64,000 nt of DNA from an uncultured Gemmatimonadota bacterium (GCA_951812955.1 OX638340.1:2240001-2304000); one strand, 5' to 3'; counted from the stretch's first letter, positions 1 through 9,095 are shown. Notes: generated from the sequence alone by a model not told the origin. Numbers and translations: made by a program.

Positions 1-74
1 TCCTGCGCCAGACCGTATCCCCGGACGAGATCAACATCCGGCACGTATGGAAGCCCGTCCTGCTGATCGGTCTC

Positions 75-1082
75 ATGGCTCTGGCGGTGGTCTACTGGTC
101 GGCCACGACCTACAGGCACTACCGGGAACGCAGGCGCGCCGGAATCAGCACCACGGAGGGCCGTCCCTTTCTTCGCCGGACCGACCGGATCATCCTCATC
201 GCGCCCGCCCTCGTGCTTTACACGGTGTTCGTGATCATTCCGAGCGCGAAATCGTTCCTCTGGAGCCTGAACGAGTGGGATGGGCTGACTGAAATGCGTT
301 ACACGGGCCTGCTCAACTTCGGCCGCCTGCTCTTCGAAAGCGACGGATTCTGGATCGCGCTGAACAACAACCTGTTCATCATGTTCGTAATCCCGCTGTT
401 CGTCATCCCGATTTCTCTCTTCCTGGCCGTATGCATCAGCCGAGAGATCTGGGGGTCGCGATTCTTTCGCATCGCCTTCTTCTTCCCGAACATTCTCGGT
501 GCCGTGGCCGCCACGCTCCTCTGGATGCACCTCTACAATCCCCAGGGCGGTCCGATAAACACGGCGCTGGTGGGCATCGGGGTGATCCTGTCCGCGGCCG
601 GTCTGGAAACCGCGGGAAGCTGGCTGCAGGCCATGGAAGGATTCGCCTGGCTGTCGCAGTCCAACCTGTACTGGGCGCTGATCCCCATGTCCATCTGGGG
701 CGCGTGCGGGTTCAACATGATCCTCTTCCTGGCCGCCATGGAGAGCATTCCCCAGAGTCTCTACGAAGCGGCGGATATCGACGGCGCATCGTCGTGGCGG
801 CAGTTCTGGACCATCACCCTGCCCCTGATCTGGGAGGTGCTATCCATCTCCATCGTTTTCATGGTCATCGGCGGAATGAAGGTCTTCGAGTCCATATGGC
901 TTTTGACCAACCAGTCGCCGACCACGCAGGTGCACGTCATCGGCACGCTCATGGTGCAGGACATGTTTACCGAGTTCAAGATCGGCGAAGCCACGGCCAT
1001 CGCCGTACTGCTGTTCATCATGGTCTTTTTCGGAACGGCCGCCACGTTGAGACTCATGCGGAGGGAAACGGTGGAATTCTGA
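75..1082 (+). CDS. ABC transporter permease, carbohydrate type (MalF/UgpA-like)
   Basis: 335-aa multi-pass hydrophobic ORF with the EAA-loop signature of binding-protein-dependent permeases (SLYEAADIDGASSWRQFWTITLPL). The frame stays open back to window position 3, so the true start is uncertain. Confidence 0.85.
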   Translation: MALAVVYWSATTYRHYRERRRAGISTTEGRPFLRRTDRIILIAPALVLYTVFVIIPSAKSFLWSLNEWDGLTEMRYTGLLNFGRLLFESDGFWIALNNNLFIMFVIPLFVIPISLFLAVCISREIWGSRFFRIAFFFPNILGAVAATLLWMHLYNPQGGPINTALVGIGVILSAAGLETAGSWLQAMEGFAWLSQSNLYWALIPMSIWGACGFNMILFLAAMESIPQSLYEAADIDGASSWRQFWTITLPLIWEVLSISIVFMVIGGMKVFESIWLLTNQSPTTQVHVIGTLMVQDMFTEFKIGEATAIAVLLFIMVFFGTAATLRLMRRETVEF

Positions 1083-1125
1083 TGAATCGGGCGAGAACGA
1101 AGCAGCGAACGACGGTGAGGAACTG

Positions 1126-2046
1126 ATGACGCGGACGGACGAAATGAAACAAGCTGGAGATAACGGCCGGACGGGCGAAACGAGTCCGAAGGGCGAGATG
1201 CGCCGGACCGCGGCCTGGAATCTGATTGTATACCCGATCCTGCTCGGTTACCTGGTCATCGTGGTCTATCCGATGGCCTGGCTGCTTTACACGTCGCTCA
1301 AGACGGACCGGGAGATCTTCCTTGCGCCCTTCACGCTGCCGGACTGGGCGGACCTGCAATGGATAAACTTTTCGCGGGCATGGACAGTGGGGCAATTCGG
1401 GGATTACTTCCTGAACAGCGCGGTGCTGACGGTCCTGACCGTGATCCTGTCCCTGCTCTTCGCGGCCATGGCGGCCTATGCCCTCTCGCGGTTCCGCTTC
1501 TTCGGCGCGCGACCGTTGTTCTTCTTCTTCCTGGCCGGCCTGATGGTGCCGCTGCAACTGGCCATCGTGCCGCTATTCTTCCAGATGAAGGACCTGATGC
1601 TGCTCAACTCCCGGCTGGGACTGCTGATCGTGTACATCGCCTTTGGCATGCCCTTCGCCATCTTCATCCTGGCGGGGTTCTTCAAATCGCTGCCGTCGGG
1701 CCTTCACGAATCTGCGCTCATGGATGGGGCCGGCGAACTGCGGGCCTTCTGGCACATTATGCTGCCGCTGGCCAAACCCGCCCTGGTCACCGTGGGCATC
1801 TTCGCCTTCCTCGGCACCTGGAACGAGTTCTTCATGGCCTTCATGTTCCTGTCGGGCGAAAATGCCGAAAACCTGCGCACCCTTCCGCTGGGCCTAGCCA
1901 ACATTACCATCGTGAGCCAGTACCGCAGTGACTGGGGCATGGCCTTCGCCGGCCTGGTGCTCATGATGCTGCCCACCATGGTGGTCTATGCCCTGCTACA
2001 GCGGCAGGTGACCCGGGGGATCACGGTGGGGGCGCTAAAGGGGTAA
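1126..2046 (+). CDS. ABC transporter permease, carbohydrate type (MalG/UgpE-like)
   Basis: 306-aa membrane ORF starting 44 bp after the first permease. EAA-loop motif LHESALMDGAGELRAFWHIMLPLAKP. The start could be an internal Met (MRRTAAWNL). Confidence 0.85.
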   Translation: MTRTDEMKQAGDNGRTGETSPKGEMRRTAAWNLIVYPILLGYLVIVVYPMAWLLYTSLKTDREIFLAPFTLPDWADLQWINFSRAWTVGQFGDYFLNSAVLTVLTVILSLLFAAMAAYALSRFRFFGARPLFFFFLAGLMVPLQLAIVPLFFQMKDLMLLNSRLGLLIVYIAFGMPFAIFILAGFFKSLPSGLHESALMDGAGELRAFWHIMLPLAKPALVTVGIFAFLGTWNEFFMAFMFLSGENAENLRTLPLGLANITIVSQYRSDWGMAFAGLVLMMLPTMVVYALLQRQVTRGITVGALKG

Positions 2047-2118
2047 ATTCCAGCGCTTTGTCATCTTAAATCCACAGAATGCACGGAAAGGTACATATTC
2101 ACTCCCGATTCTGTTTAA

Positions 2119-3717
2119 ATGGATCCATCAACGCGTCTGAGGACCAGGGATTGGCAGATCATGCCACACGATTCACAGCCAACAGACACGATCTGGTACT
2201 GCATTCGGCGAAATGGCATCGCGAAAGATGAAGGCTGGATCGGCGATGTCACGCTGGATGACTTGCCGAATCAGGTGGGCGTTGAACCGGGTGATACGTT
2301 CGAAGTTTGTATCGCTTCAGACTTTCAAACTGTACCGCCTGACCAGATATCCAGCTTCTTCTACAACCGGGACCGCGGGATTGTCGGCTTGGAGATGGCT
2401 TACGGTGATGAGACCTTGCGAATCGCGCCTACTCGAATGATCGCAGCGAATCTCGGGTTTGCCCGGGCCATGGAGAGATTCCGTCAACAGTTAAACATAA
2501 GCGCTGACGAATTCGCCACCAACGGCAGGCTGCGTGTTTTTTCCGCCAGGCAGGTCCTGGTACCGGGCGGAAGCATACCTGACCGAATGGAACTACATCG
2601 TGGATCAACACTCGTGACCGAGGCTCCGTCGGATGGCAGGGACCGAGCTGAGGTGCTGGCCTGTGGAATTAGTCGGTGGATGCTTCGAAATATGTCCGAG
2701 GATGGCGCGTTGCCCTACAAATACTGGCCTAGCCGGGGTAAAGAATCTCCGGCCGATAACGCCATTCGCCGGTTTCTTGCATCCCTGGCCCTTGAACGTC
2801 ACGGTAGATATTTCGATGACAAAGAAATTCGTGAGGCGGCCCGGCGCAACCTGGGCTTCAATCTGAAGCGGAATTTCAGGGTCATCGGCGGTGGAATAGG
2901 CGCCATAGTGGAACCAACAGGAGCGAAGCTTGGTGCGGCGGCGCTGGCCGCTTTGTGTATACTGGAGAGCCCGGCATTCAGTGATTTCAAGACCGAGTAC
3001 GACATGCTGACCGCTGGTGTGAACTCACTTGCGGATAAGGAAATGGGATTTCGTACATTCTTCTTTCCACCCGAACGCGACGGAGAAAACTGGAATTTCT
3101 ATTCGGGGGAAGCACTACTGTTCTGGGCCGAGGCCATGCGCCATGGCGCGCCGGGTGCCCCTACGCTGGAACGCTGCGCCGAGACTTTTGATAAGTGCCG
3201 GGAACGGCATTTTCGGGCACGGAACCCCGCTTTCGTTCCGTGGCATATACAGGCCTGCACATCCCTGTTCAAACAAACAAGGCGGCGTGAGTTCGTCGAT
3301 TTTGTGTTTGAGATCAGCGACTGGCTACTACCAATGCAGCAGTGGGACGGAATGTTGCCGGACCTTCGCGGTCGGTTCTACAATCCAAAACGACCGGATT
3401 TTGGACCGCCACACGCGGCTTCCACCGGAGCCTACCTCGAAGGTCTTGCGGACGCCTCGATGTTGGCGCAAATGGTAGGAGACTGTCCCCGTGCCAAAGC
3501 ATACCAACGAGTCGTAAACCGTGGGCTGCGTTCTCTACGTCAACTGCAGTTCCGCGATGCCTGCGACACTTTCTATATTTCAAAGAAACACCGTGTCATG
3601 GGCGCGATCCGTACGGAAGCCTACGACAATTCAGTTCGAGTCGACTCGGCAGCGCACGCCCTGATCGCGGCAGTAAAATGGCTGAAATCAGGACGTACTC
3701 ATTCGGTCGGCGCGTAG
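2119..3717 (+). CDS. hypothetical protein (possible alpha/alpha-toroid enzyme; function unassigned)
   Basis: 532-aa ORF, 72 bp after the permease gene on the same strand, with visibly lower GC than the permease genes. I can name no catalytic motif. Aromatic-rich helix-pair-like segments (FYSGEALLFWAEAMRHG, STGAYLEGLADASMLA) are only weakly suggestive. Confidence 0.35.
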   Translation: MDPSTRLRTRDWQIMPHDSQPTDTIWYCIRRNGIAKDEGWIGDVTLDDLPNQVGVEPGDTFEVCIASDFQTVPPDQISSFFYNRDRGIVGLEMAYGDETLRIAPTRMIAANLGFARAMERFRQQLNISADEFATNGRLRVFSARQVLVPGGSIPDRMELHRGSTLVTEAPSDGRDRAEVLACGISRWMLRNMSEDGALPYKYWPSRGKESPADNAIRRFLASLALERHGRYFDDKEIREAARRNLGFNLKRNFRVIGGGIGAIVEPTGAKLGAAALAALCILESPAFSDFKTEYDMLTAGVNSLADKEMGFRTFFFPPERDGENWNFYSGEALLFWAEAMRHGAPGAPTLERCAETFDKCRERHFRARNPAFVPWHIQACTSLFKQTRRREFVDFVFEISDWLLPMQQWDGMLPDLRGRFYNPKRPDFGPPHAASTGAYLEGLADASMLAQMVGDCPRAKAYQRVVNRGLRSLRQLQFRDACDTFYISKKHRVMGAIRTEAYDNSVRVDSAAHALIAAVKWLKSGRTHSVGA

Positions 3718-4334
3718 ATGTAGTGCCCGCGTCCTTTCTCCGGCAGCACGTCGAAAATCAAGTGCACCCGTGGTTCGTTTGTCGGGTTTCTCGCTTCGTG
3801 CAGCGCCTTGTTGTCGAACACCCACAGCTCGCCTTCCCGCATCACTATGGTTTCACCTTCTGCGGTCATTGGACTCCCCTCCGGGCTCCTCAGCACAAGG
3901 TGGTATCGATCACGTATTCGGTAGTAAGCGCCGGCGTCGGTATGAGGTCGAACCCACCCCTGAGGTTGCAAGGATACCAGTGTAGCGCGTCCAAGTACAC
4001 CCCGATGAAGCGTGGCGATCTCTTTACAGAACGCCAGCGTTCGGGGGAATTTTCTAGCAGTAGCAGTAGTGCGACTGTCATGGACGTCGTTGGCGTTTTT
4101 CGCTCCTGGAGGCAGTGGTTTTTTAGCGGTACGCAGAAAGATATTTTGGGTGTCGCGTTGACAACGAACCTTGCGTTGCCGACTGGTATCGGCGAGCCAA
4201 AGATCTGGTACTGTGTCCAATTCCAGCATTAGCGGTTCAATATCGATGCCCGTCGCGATCCGGGTGAAACGCTTACCTGCCGGTGACACATCATTTGATT
4301 CTTTACCGGGAATCACATCGGTCTTGTGTATCAC
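3699..4334 (-). CDS. aspartyl/asparaginyl beta-hydroxylase-family cupin (2OG/Fe(II) oxygenase)
   Basis: 211-aa ORF with the family-typical core VRPHTDAGAYYRIRDRYHLVL ... GELWVFDNKALHEARNPTNEPRVHLIFDV (H-x-D ... H iron ligands). No hydrophobic TM segment. The GTG start at 4334 is uncertain. The 3-prime end overlaps the convergent gene 2119-3717 by 19 bp. Confidence 0.7.
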   Translation of the reverse strand: MIHKTDVIPGKESNDVSPAGKRFTRIATGIDIEPLMLELDTVPDLWLADTSRQRKVRCQRDTQNIFLRTAKKPLPPGAKNANDVHDSRTTATARKFPRTLAFCKEIATLHRGVLGRATLVSLQPQGWVRPHTDAGAYYRIRDRYHLVLRSPEGSPMTAEGETIVMREGELWVFDNKALHEARNPTNEPRVHLIFDVLPEKGRGHYIYAPTE

Positions 4335-4469
4335 AAACGACCACCCTTACCGCCATATGCCAATGGGATTGATCAGCACCATCTCAGTATTCAACACAAG
4401 TAGTTACGTATGCTGGAGCCAGCTCAACAGGCCAGAAAGTACACGTTCGGTTAATCGAACAGCCATGAA

Positions 4470-5483
4470 TCAGTCGTCATCGTCGTCATCTTTATCATCG
4501 TCGTCATCGTCATCGTCGTCATCGTCGTCATCATCATCGCCGTCGCCATCCCCGTCACCATCCCCGTCGCCATCGCCATCGCCATCGCCGTCACCATCGC
4601 CGTCGCCATCCCCGTCTCCATCACCATCACCGTCGCCATCTCCATCACCATCGCCGTCACCGTCGCCATCCCCATCGCCGTCCCCATCTCCATCGCCGTC
4701 GCCGTTACCTCCAGAGTTCCCACTGGGCGGTGGACTTAACTCTTCATCGCCGTCGCCATCCCCATCGCCGTCTCCATCACCACTGGGCGGTGGACTTAAC
4801 ACTTCGTCACCGTCGCCATCCCCGTCGCCATCCCCGTCTCCATCACCGTCGCCATCCCCGTCTCCATCACCGTCGCCATCGCCATCCCCATCGCCATCGC
4901 CATCACCGTCGCCATCGCCATCCCCATCGCCATCGCCGTCACCATCCCCATCACCATCACCGTCGCCATCACCGTCGCCATCCCCGTCCCCATCTCCGTC
5001 GCCATCCCCGGCCCCGTCCCCATCGCCATCGCCGTCACCATCGCCGTCGCCATCCCCGTCTCCATCACCGTCCCCATCACCGTCGCCATCCCCGTCCCCA
5101 TCACCATCACCGTCACCATCGCCGTCACCGTCACCATCGCCGTCCCCATCGCCACCATTTGAACTTGTGGTATTTGTTACCACACTTGCGTTGTCCTCGT
5201 TATTGCTACCTGCATCCCCGTTCCCATCCCCATTTCCGTTCCTATCTCCATTTCCGTCACCATCTCCATCTCCATCGCCATCTCCGTCCCCGTCGCCGTC
5301 CCCATCGCCGCTGCCACCCGGACTCTGAGCACTCCCCACCTGATTCGCACTCGTGGCGAATCCAGACCCTGATCCCATGGGGTTCAGATCGTTGTCCCCT
5401 CTGCAACCCAGGATCATGAGCAACGAAGCGACAGTCAGTTGCATTCTTCGCAACCATTGCATAATGGTTCGGCACAAGGCCAT
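4470..5483 (-). CDS. poly(Gly-Asp) repeat lipoprotein with poly-Asp C-terminal tail
   Basis: 337-aa ORF. The N-terminus MQWLRRMQLTVASLLMILGC has a basic n-region, a hydrophobic core and a lipobox-like ILGC. Blocks of (GD)n follow, broken by two SPPPSG linkers, and the protein ends in DDDDDDDDDDDDDDDKDDDDDD. Codon degeneracy supports this frame over the opposite-strand (SP)n frame (see findings). Alternative starts lie at Met8 or Met14. Confidence 0.65.
   Translation of the reverse strand: MALCRTIMQWLRRMQLTVASLLMILGCRGDNDLNPMGSGSGFATSANQVGSAQSPGGSGDGDGDGDGDGDGDGDGDGNGDRNGNGDGNGDAGSNNEDNASVVTNTTSSNGGDGDGDGDGDGDGDGDGDGDGDGDGDGDGDGDGDGDGDGDGDGDGDGAGDGDGDGDGDGDGDGDGDGDGDGDGDGDGDGDGDGDGDGDGDGDGDGDGDGDGDGDGDGDGDGDGDGDEVLSPPPSGDGDGDGDGDGDEELSPPPSGNSGGNGDGDGDGDGDGDGDGDGDGDGDGDGDGDGDGDGDGDGDGDGDGDGDGDGDGDGDGDDDDDDDDDDDDDDDKDDDDDD
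4473..5311. repeat. hexanucleotide coding repeat, plus-strand pattern (R)TC(N)CC = minus-strand GGN-GAY
   Basis: A period-6 repeat runs through almost the whole gene. A 20-nt element cactgggcggtggacttaac occurs twice, exactly 60 bp apart (4721-4740 and 4781-4800). Confidence 0.95.
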
Positions 5484-5817
5484 GGCACGCTACCTATTTG
5501 CCGGTTTGGAAATACAGTACAGGAGTGTTATTTGATTGTAATACGGAGCACACACAATCATGAGGAACCCTACCTTTGCCGTGACAGGCTATAGGGAACG
5601 TCACGGCAGACACAGATAGTAGGTAACGTTGTGTACCCTAAATAAAACCGGATTCCAGCTTGGATGTCAATGATTTAGACTTCAAGGTGATCACAAGACC
5701 TTTACATGACACAGTAATCCGTCCACTTTCGCCATTTCGATTCCTATCACAGCAACTAGGAATACGGCACCGCGGCGACAGTCCTGGCCTTGCATACACG
5801 GGTATATCAATCAGGTA

Positions 5818-6177
5818 CTAAGGCTTGTCGATCCAGACCGGATCCGGCGTGATGCTCGTCTCTGGCGGCGGCCCGGTATCGGTCCATTCTTCCTCGTTCT
5901 CGAGGAGGAATCCGGGTTCGACCGACATGTCGTGATCGCAGATGATCTGGCAGGACAACCGTACCTCGCCGACCAGCCCTTTCTCGGAAAGTACCGCGTG
6001 CTCGGCCTCGGTCATCGTGTCCGGCTCGCCCTCACTGATGGTCACCCGGCAGGTTGTGCACTTGGCGTTCCCACCGCACCGGTGGCCGATGTTCACCCCG
6101 GTGCCCTCGATAGCCAGTACCAGACGCTGCCCGGAATCGACTTCGTTCTCCACTCCGTTGACGGTAAGTTTCGGCAT
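5818..6177 (-). CDS. 2Fe-2S ferredoxin
   Basis: 119-aa ORF with the cluster-binding pattern HRCGGNAKCTTCRV ... RLSCQI (C-x5-C-x2-C ... C). Confidence 0.8.
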   Translation of the reverse strand: MPKLTVNGVENEVDSGQRLVLAIEGTGVNIGHRCGGNAKCTTCRVTISEGEPDTMTEAEHAVLSEKGLVGEVRLSCQIICDHDMSVEPGFLLENEEEWTDTGPPPETSITPDPVWIDKP

Positions 6178-6274
6178 GATTCCCTGCTCCTTTCGCGTGT
6201 GTGCTAAACCAGTCTCAAGTGGGTTGTGACTCCATCTCGATCGAATTCAGTACAAGTATCTCCGTTTGCTACGA

Positions 6275-7066
6275 TTAAATAACGTGACCCAGCCGGTCCC
6301 GAGTATGTTCCAGGTCCACCCAGCGATGCGGTCCGTCGGTTACAGCGTAGCACACCTCGTAGACCGGATTCTCCGTGGCCTGCAGGGCCAGTTCGATGAT
6401 CCGCGTGATGTCCGCCTGGCTGCACCAGACCGATCGCAGGAAGGGTTCTGTTGCCTCGTTCTCCTTGTTGACCCATCCGATGCGAAGGCAGACGACGGAA
6501 AAATCGTGGGCATCATGGTAGGTGCGGCAGATCCCCTCGCCCCAGATCTTGCTGGCGGAATAGGGTTCCGTGGGCCGCGGCGGATCGGTGACCTTGACGA
6601 TAGGCATGGGATCGGGCAGCCCCTCCAGACGGCCCTTCAGTAGCGACACGTACGGTTCGTCAAATTGACCGTATCCCCAACTCGCCATGACGGAACTCGC
6701 GTAGATCATTCGCCTGATGCCCTGTTCCCGGCAGACCTCCAGCACGTTGTAGGTACCCCGGATGTTGGCGTCCAGAATGGTCTCGAAGGACGCGCCCGGA
6801 TCGGGGACGGCGCCGAGATGGACCACGGCGTCCATGCCCTCGAGAGCCCTGGACACGGCATCGCGATCGGTCAGATCGGCCAGTGAGAATCGATCTTCCG
6901 GGATGCGCAGGAGATCCTCGTCGTCGATGCGGTCCGACGACACGGTCCGGCGGCCGCTGCCGTAGGCTTCGTACTCATCCTTTCCGCTCAGATACCTGTA
7001 GGTCAGGTTGCCGATCAGTCCGTACGCTCCTGTTACGTGGACCTTCAAGGGTGTTCCTTCGCTCAT
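6275..7066 (-). CDS. NAD(P)-dependent epimerase/dehydratase (extended SDR)
   Basis: N-terminal Rossmann motif VHVTGAYGLIGNL and catalytic YxxxK (PYSASKIWGE). Confidence 0.8.
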   Translation of the reverse strand: MSEGTPLKVHVTGAYGLIGNLTYRYLSGKDEYEAYGSGRRTVSSDRIDDEDLLRIPEDRFSLADLTDRDAVSRALEGMDAVVHLGAVPDPGASFETILDANIRGTYNVLEVCREQGIRRMIYASSVMASWGYGQFDEPYVSLLKGRLEGLPDPMPIVKVTDPPRPTEPYSASKIWGEGICRTYHDAHDFSVVCLRIGWVNKENEATEPFLRSVWCSQADITRIIELALQATENPVYEVCYAVTDGPHRWVDLEHTRDRLGHVI

Positions 7067-7194
7067 CGATTCCTCCAGTTTAACTTCGGCAGATTGGTCG
7101 TACTACTTCTCCAACATACGATTACGCAAAAGTCGAATCATGCCTGCTTAAGATGTCTCGCTCTTCAGTCAGTGAATTTCGGTAATGGCCCTGC

Positions 7195-8826
7195 TCAGGC
7201 CTCGTCCATGAAAGGATAGCGCCAGTCCGTCGGCGGGACCATAGTTTCCTTGATCGTCCGGGCGCTCATCCACCGCAGCAGGTTCATCGGACTGCCCGCC
7301 TTGTCGTTCGTTCCGGACGCCCGGGCGCCACCGAAGGGCTGCTGTCCGACGACGGCCCCGGTGGGCTTGTCGTTGACGTAGAAATTACCGGCCGAGTTGC
7401 GGAGCGCATCCGATATGCGGACGATGGCTTCGCGGTCCTGCGCGAAGACGGAGCCGGTCAGGGCGTAGGGTGACGTGCCGTCGCAAAGCGTAAGCGTATC
7501 TTCCAACTGGTCGTCTTCGTAAACGTAGATCGTGAGCACGGGACCGAAGATTTCTTCTTCCATGGTTTTGAAACGCGGGTTCGTCGTCACGATTGTCGTC
7601 GGTTCGACGAACCAGCCTCGCTCGCGGTCGCAAACGCCGCCCGTGATGATCTCGGCGTCATCCGCCGAACGGGCGTATTCGATGTGACCGGCGATGTTTT
7701 CGAAGGAGGCCTCGTCGATCACGGCCGCCATGAAGTTGGTGAAGTCTTCGGGATCTCCCATCTTGATCTGCGAAGCTTCCGCCGTGAACCGATCCCTGAA
7801 TGCCGGCCACAGGGAACGGGGAATGTACATCCGGGAGGCCGCGGAACACTTCTGCCCCTGGTATTCGAAGGCGCCGCGTACCGCCGCCGCGACGAGGGCT
7901 TCCACGTCCGCTGAGGCGTGGACGAAGATGAAGTCCTTCCCTCCCGTCTCGCCCACGATGCGAGGGTAGTGCCTCATGCGCTCAAGGTTGCCCGCCACCG
8001 TGCGGTACATCCGCTGAAAGGTCTCTGTCGAACCGGTGAAATGGATCCCTGCCAGATCCGGGCTGTTCAGCACCGGATCGCCCACTTCGGCCCCGGATCC
8101 CGGGATGAAGTTAATCACGCCGGGGGGCAAACCGGCTTCTTGCAGCAGCCGCATGACGTGCCACGCCGAATAAACGGCCGAGGATGCCGGCTTCCAGAGG
8201 ACCGAGCAGCCGGTCAGCGCCGGCGCCGTGGGCAGGTTGCCGCCGATGGCCGTGAAATTGAACGGGGTTACGGCAAAGACGAACCCCTCGAGGGCCCGGT
8301 ACTCCAGTCGGTTCCACACCCCGACAGAGGATGCCGGCTGGTCGCTCATGAGCTGCGCGAGGTAGCTGACGTTGAATCGCCAGAAATCGATCAGTTCGCA
8401 GGCCGAATCGATCTCGGCCTGGTAGATCGTCTTGGACTGGCCCAGCATGGTGGCGGCGTTGACCGTCTGGCGCCAGGGACCGGCCAGCAAGTCCGCCGCT
8501 TTCGCTATAACCGACGCCCGGTGCTCCCAGGGCATATCCGCCCACGCGGCGCGGGCTTCCAGGGCCGCATCGATCGCCATACGGACCTCGACCGCTCCCG
8601 CTTTGTGATAGACGCCGAGATCGACTGTGTGATCGTGAGGCGCCCGTAGCGGTGCCGTGTTACCCGTCTTCACTTCGCGCCCGCCGATGATCAGTGGGAC
8701 CTCGACAGGCGAGGATTTCAACTCACCGAGCTTCGCCTTGACGGCGGCTCGTTCGGCCGATCCGGGCGCGTAGTCCAGTACCGGCTCGTTGTAGGGCTGA
8801 GGCGGGTTGAAGCGTGCGTTGGCCAT
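7195..8826 (-). CDS. pruA: L-glutamate gamma-semialdehyde (1-pyrroline-5-carboxylate) dehydrogenase
   Basis: Aldehyde dehydrogenase motifs (FTGSTETF, ETGGKDF, catalytic Cys in EYQGQKCSAASR) and the family-typical N-terminus MANARFNPPQPYNEPVLDYAPGS. I chose the ATG at 8826 rather than the ORF-track start at 8958. Confidence 0.85.
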   Translation of the reverse strand: MANARFNPPQPYNEPVLDYAPGSAERAAVKAKLGELKSSPVEVPLIIGGREVKTGNTAPLRAPHDHTVDLGVYHKAGAVEVRMAIDAALEARAAWADMPWEHRASVIAKAADLLAGPWRQTVNAATMLGQSKTIYQAEIDSACELIDFWRFNVSYLAQLMSDQPASSVGVWNRLEYRALEGFVFAVTPFNFTAIGGNLPTAPALTGCSVLWKPASSAVYSAWHVMRLLQEAGLPPGVINFIPGSGAEVGDPVLNSPDLAGIHFTGSTETFQRMYRTVAGNLERMRHYPRIVGETGGKDFIFVHASADVEALVAAAVRGAFEYQGQKCSAASRMYIPRSLWPAFRDRFTAEASQIKMGDPEDFTNFMAAVIDEASFENIAGHIEYARSADDAEIITGGVCDRERGWFVEPTTIVTTNPRFKTMEEEIFGPVLTIYVYEDDQLEDTLTLCDGTSPYALTGSVFAQDREAIVRISDALRNSAGNFYVNDKPTGAVVGQQPFGGARASGTNDKAGSPMNLLRWMSARTIKETMVPPTDWRYPFMDEA

Positions 8827-9095
8827 GATCCATATGTACCCGCCGCGGGGCCGATGTGTCAACTGTTTTGTAGGCCTTCCATGCGGCTGGAGGATCGGCG
8901 AATCAACGGCCGTTGGACGAGCGGACAGACGGCGGACAGACACTGCCGGACGGGCCATTTTAGCCTTGCCAGATCCTGCGGGGAAATGAGATATTGAGGT
9001 TATAGGCCAAAGCCAGACACGCGAATCATAAGAGCAGGATCAACCAGGTTCGCGGCAGCCCAGGAATTGCAGCCGCCCGGACCGGAGGTACGGTC

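Noticed and set aside
1072-1150. Possible diverged duplication linking the end of permease 1 (ggaattcTGATGAatcggg) and the start of permease 2 (ggaacTGATGAcgcgga); similar weak echo after permease 2 (2031-2073)
   Set aside because: The similarity is too weak and short to distinguish from chance by eye, so I did not count it among the terminus duplications.
4171-5328. 385-aa plus-strand ORF encoding (Ser-Pro)n, and a third-frame His/Arg-rich ORF (4730-5419), across the hexanucleotide repeat
   Set aside because: The Pro third positions are restricted to purines, as the opposite-strand GAY codons demand. The ORF starts antisense inside the hydroxylase gene and has no signal or RBS context. The minus-strand frame has a lipoprotein leader.
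5393-5401. RGD tripeptide immediately after the lipobox cysteine of the repeat protein
   Set aside because: A three-residue motif inside a Gly/Asp-rich protein is expected by chance, so I drew no inference from it.
5578-5607. 8-bp perfect-stem hairpin (GCCGTGAC-N14-GTCACGGC), and a 7-bp AT-rich hairpin at 5740-5763, as terminators for the ferredoxin gene
   Set aside because: Neither is followed by a T-tract on the transcribed (minus) strand. I noted them only as possible regulatory structures upstream of the repeat-lipoprotein gene.
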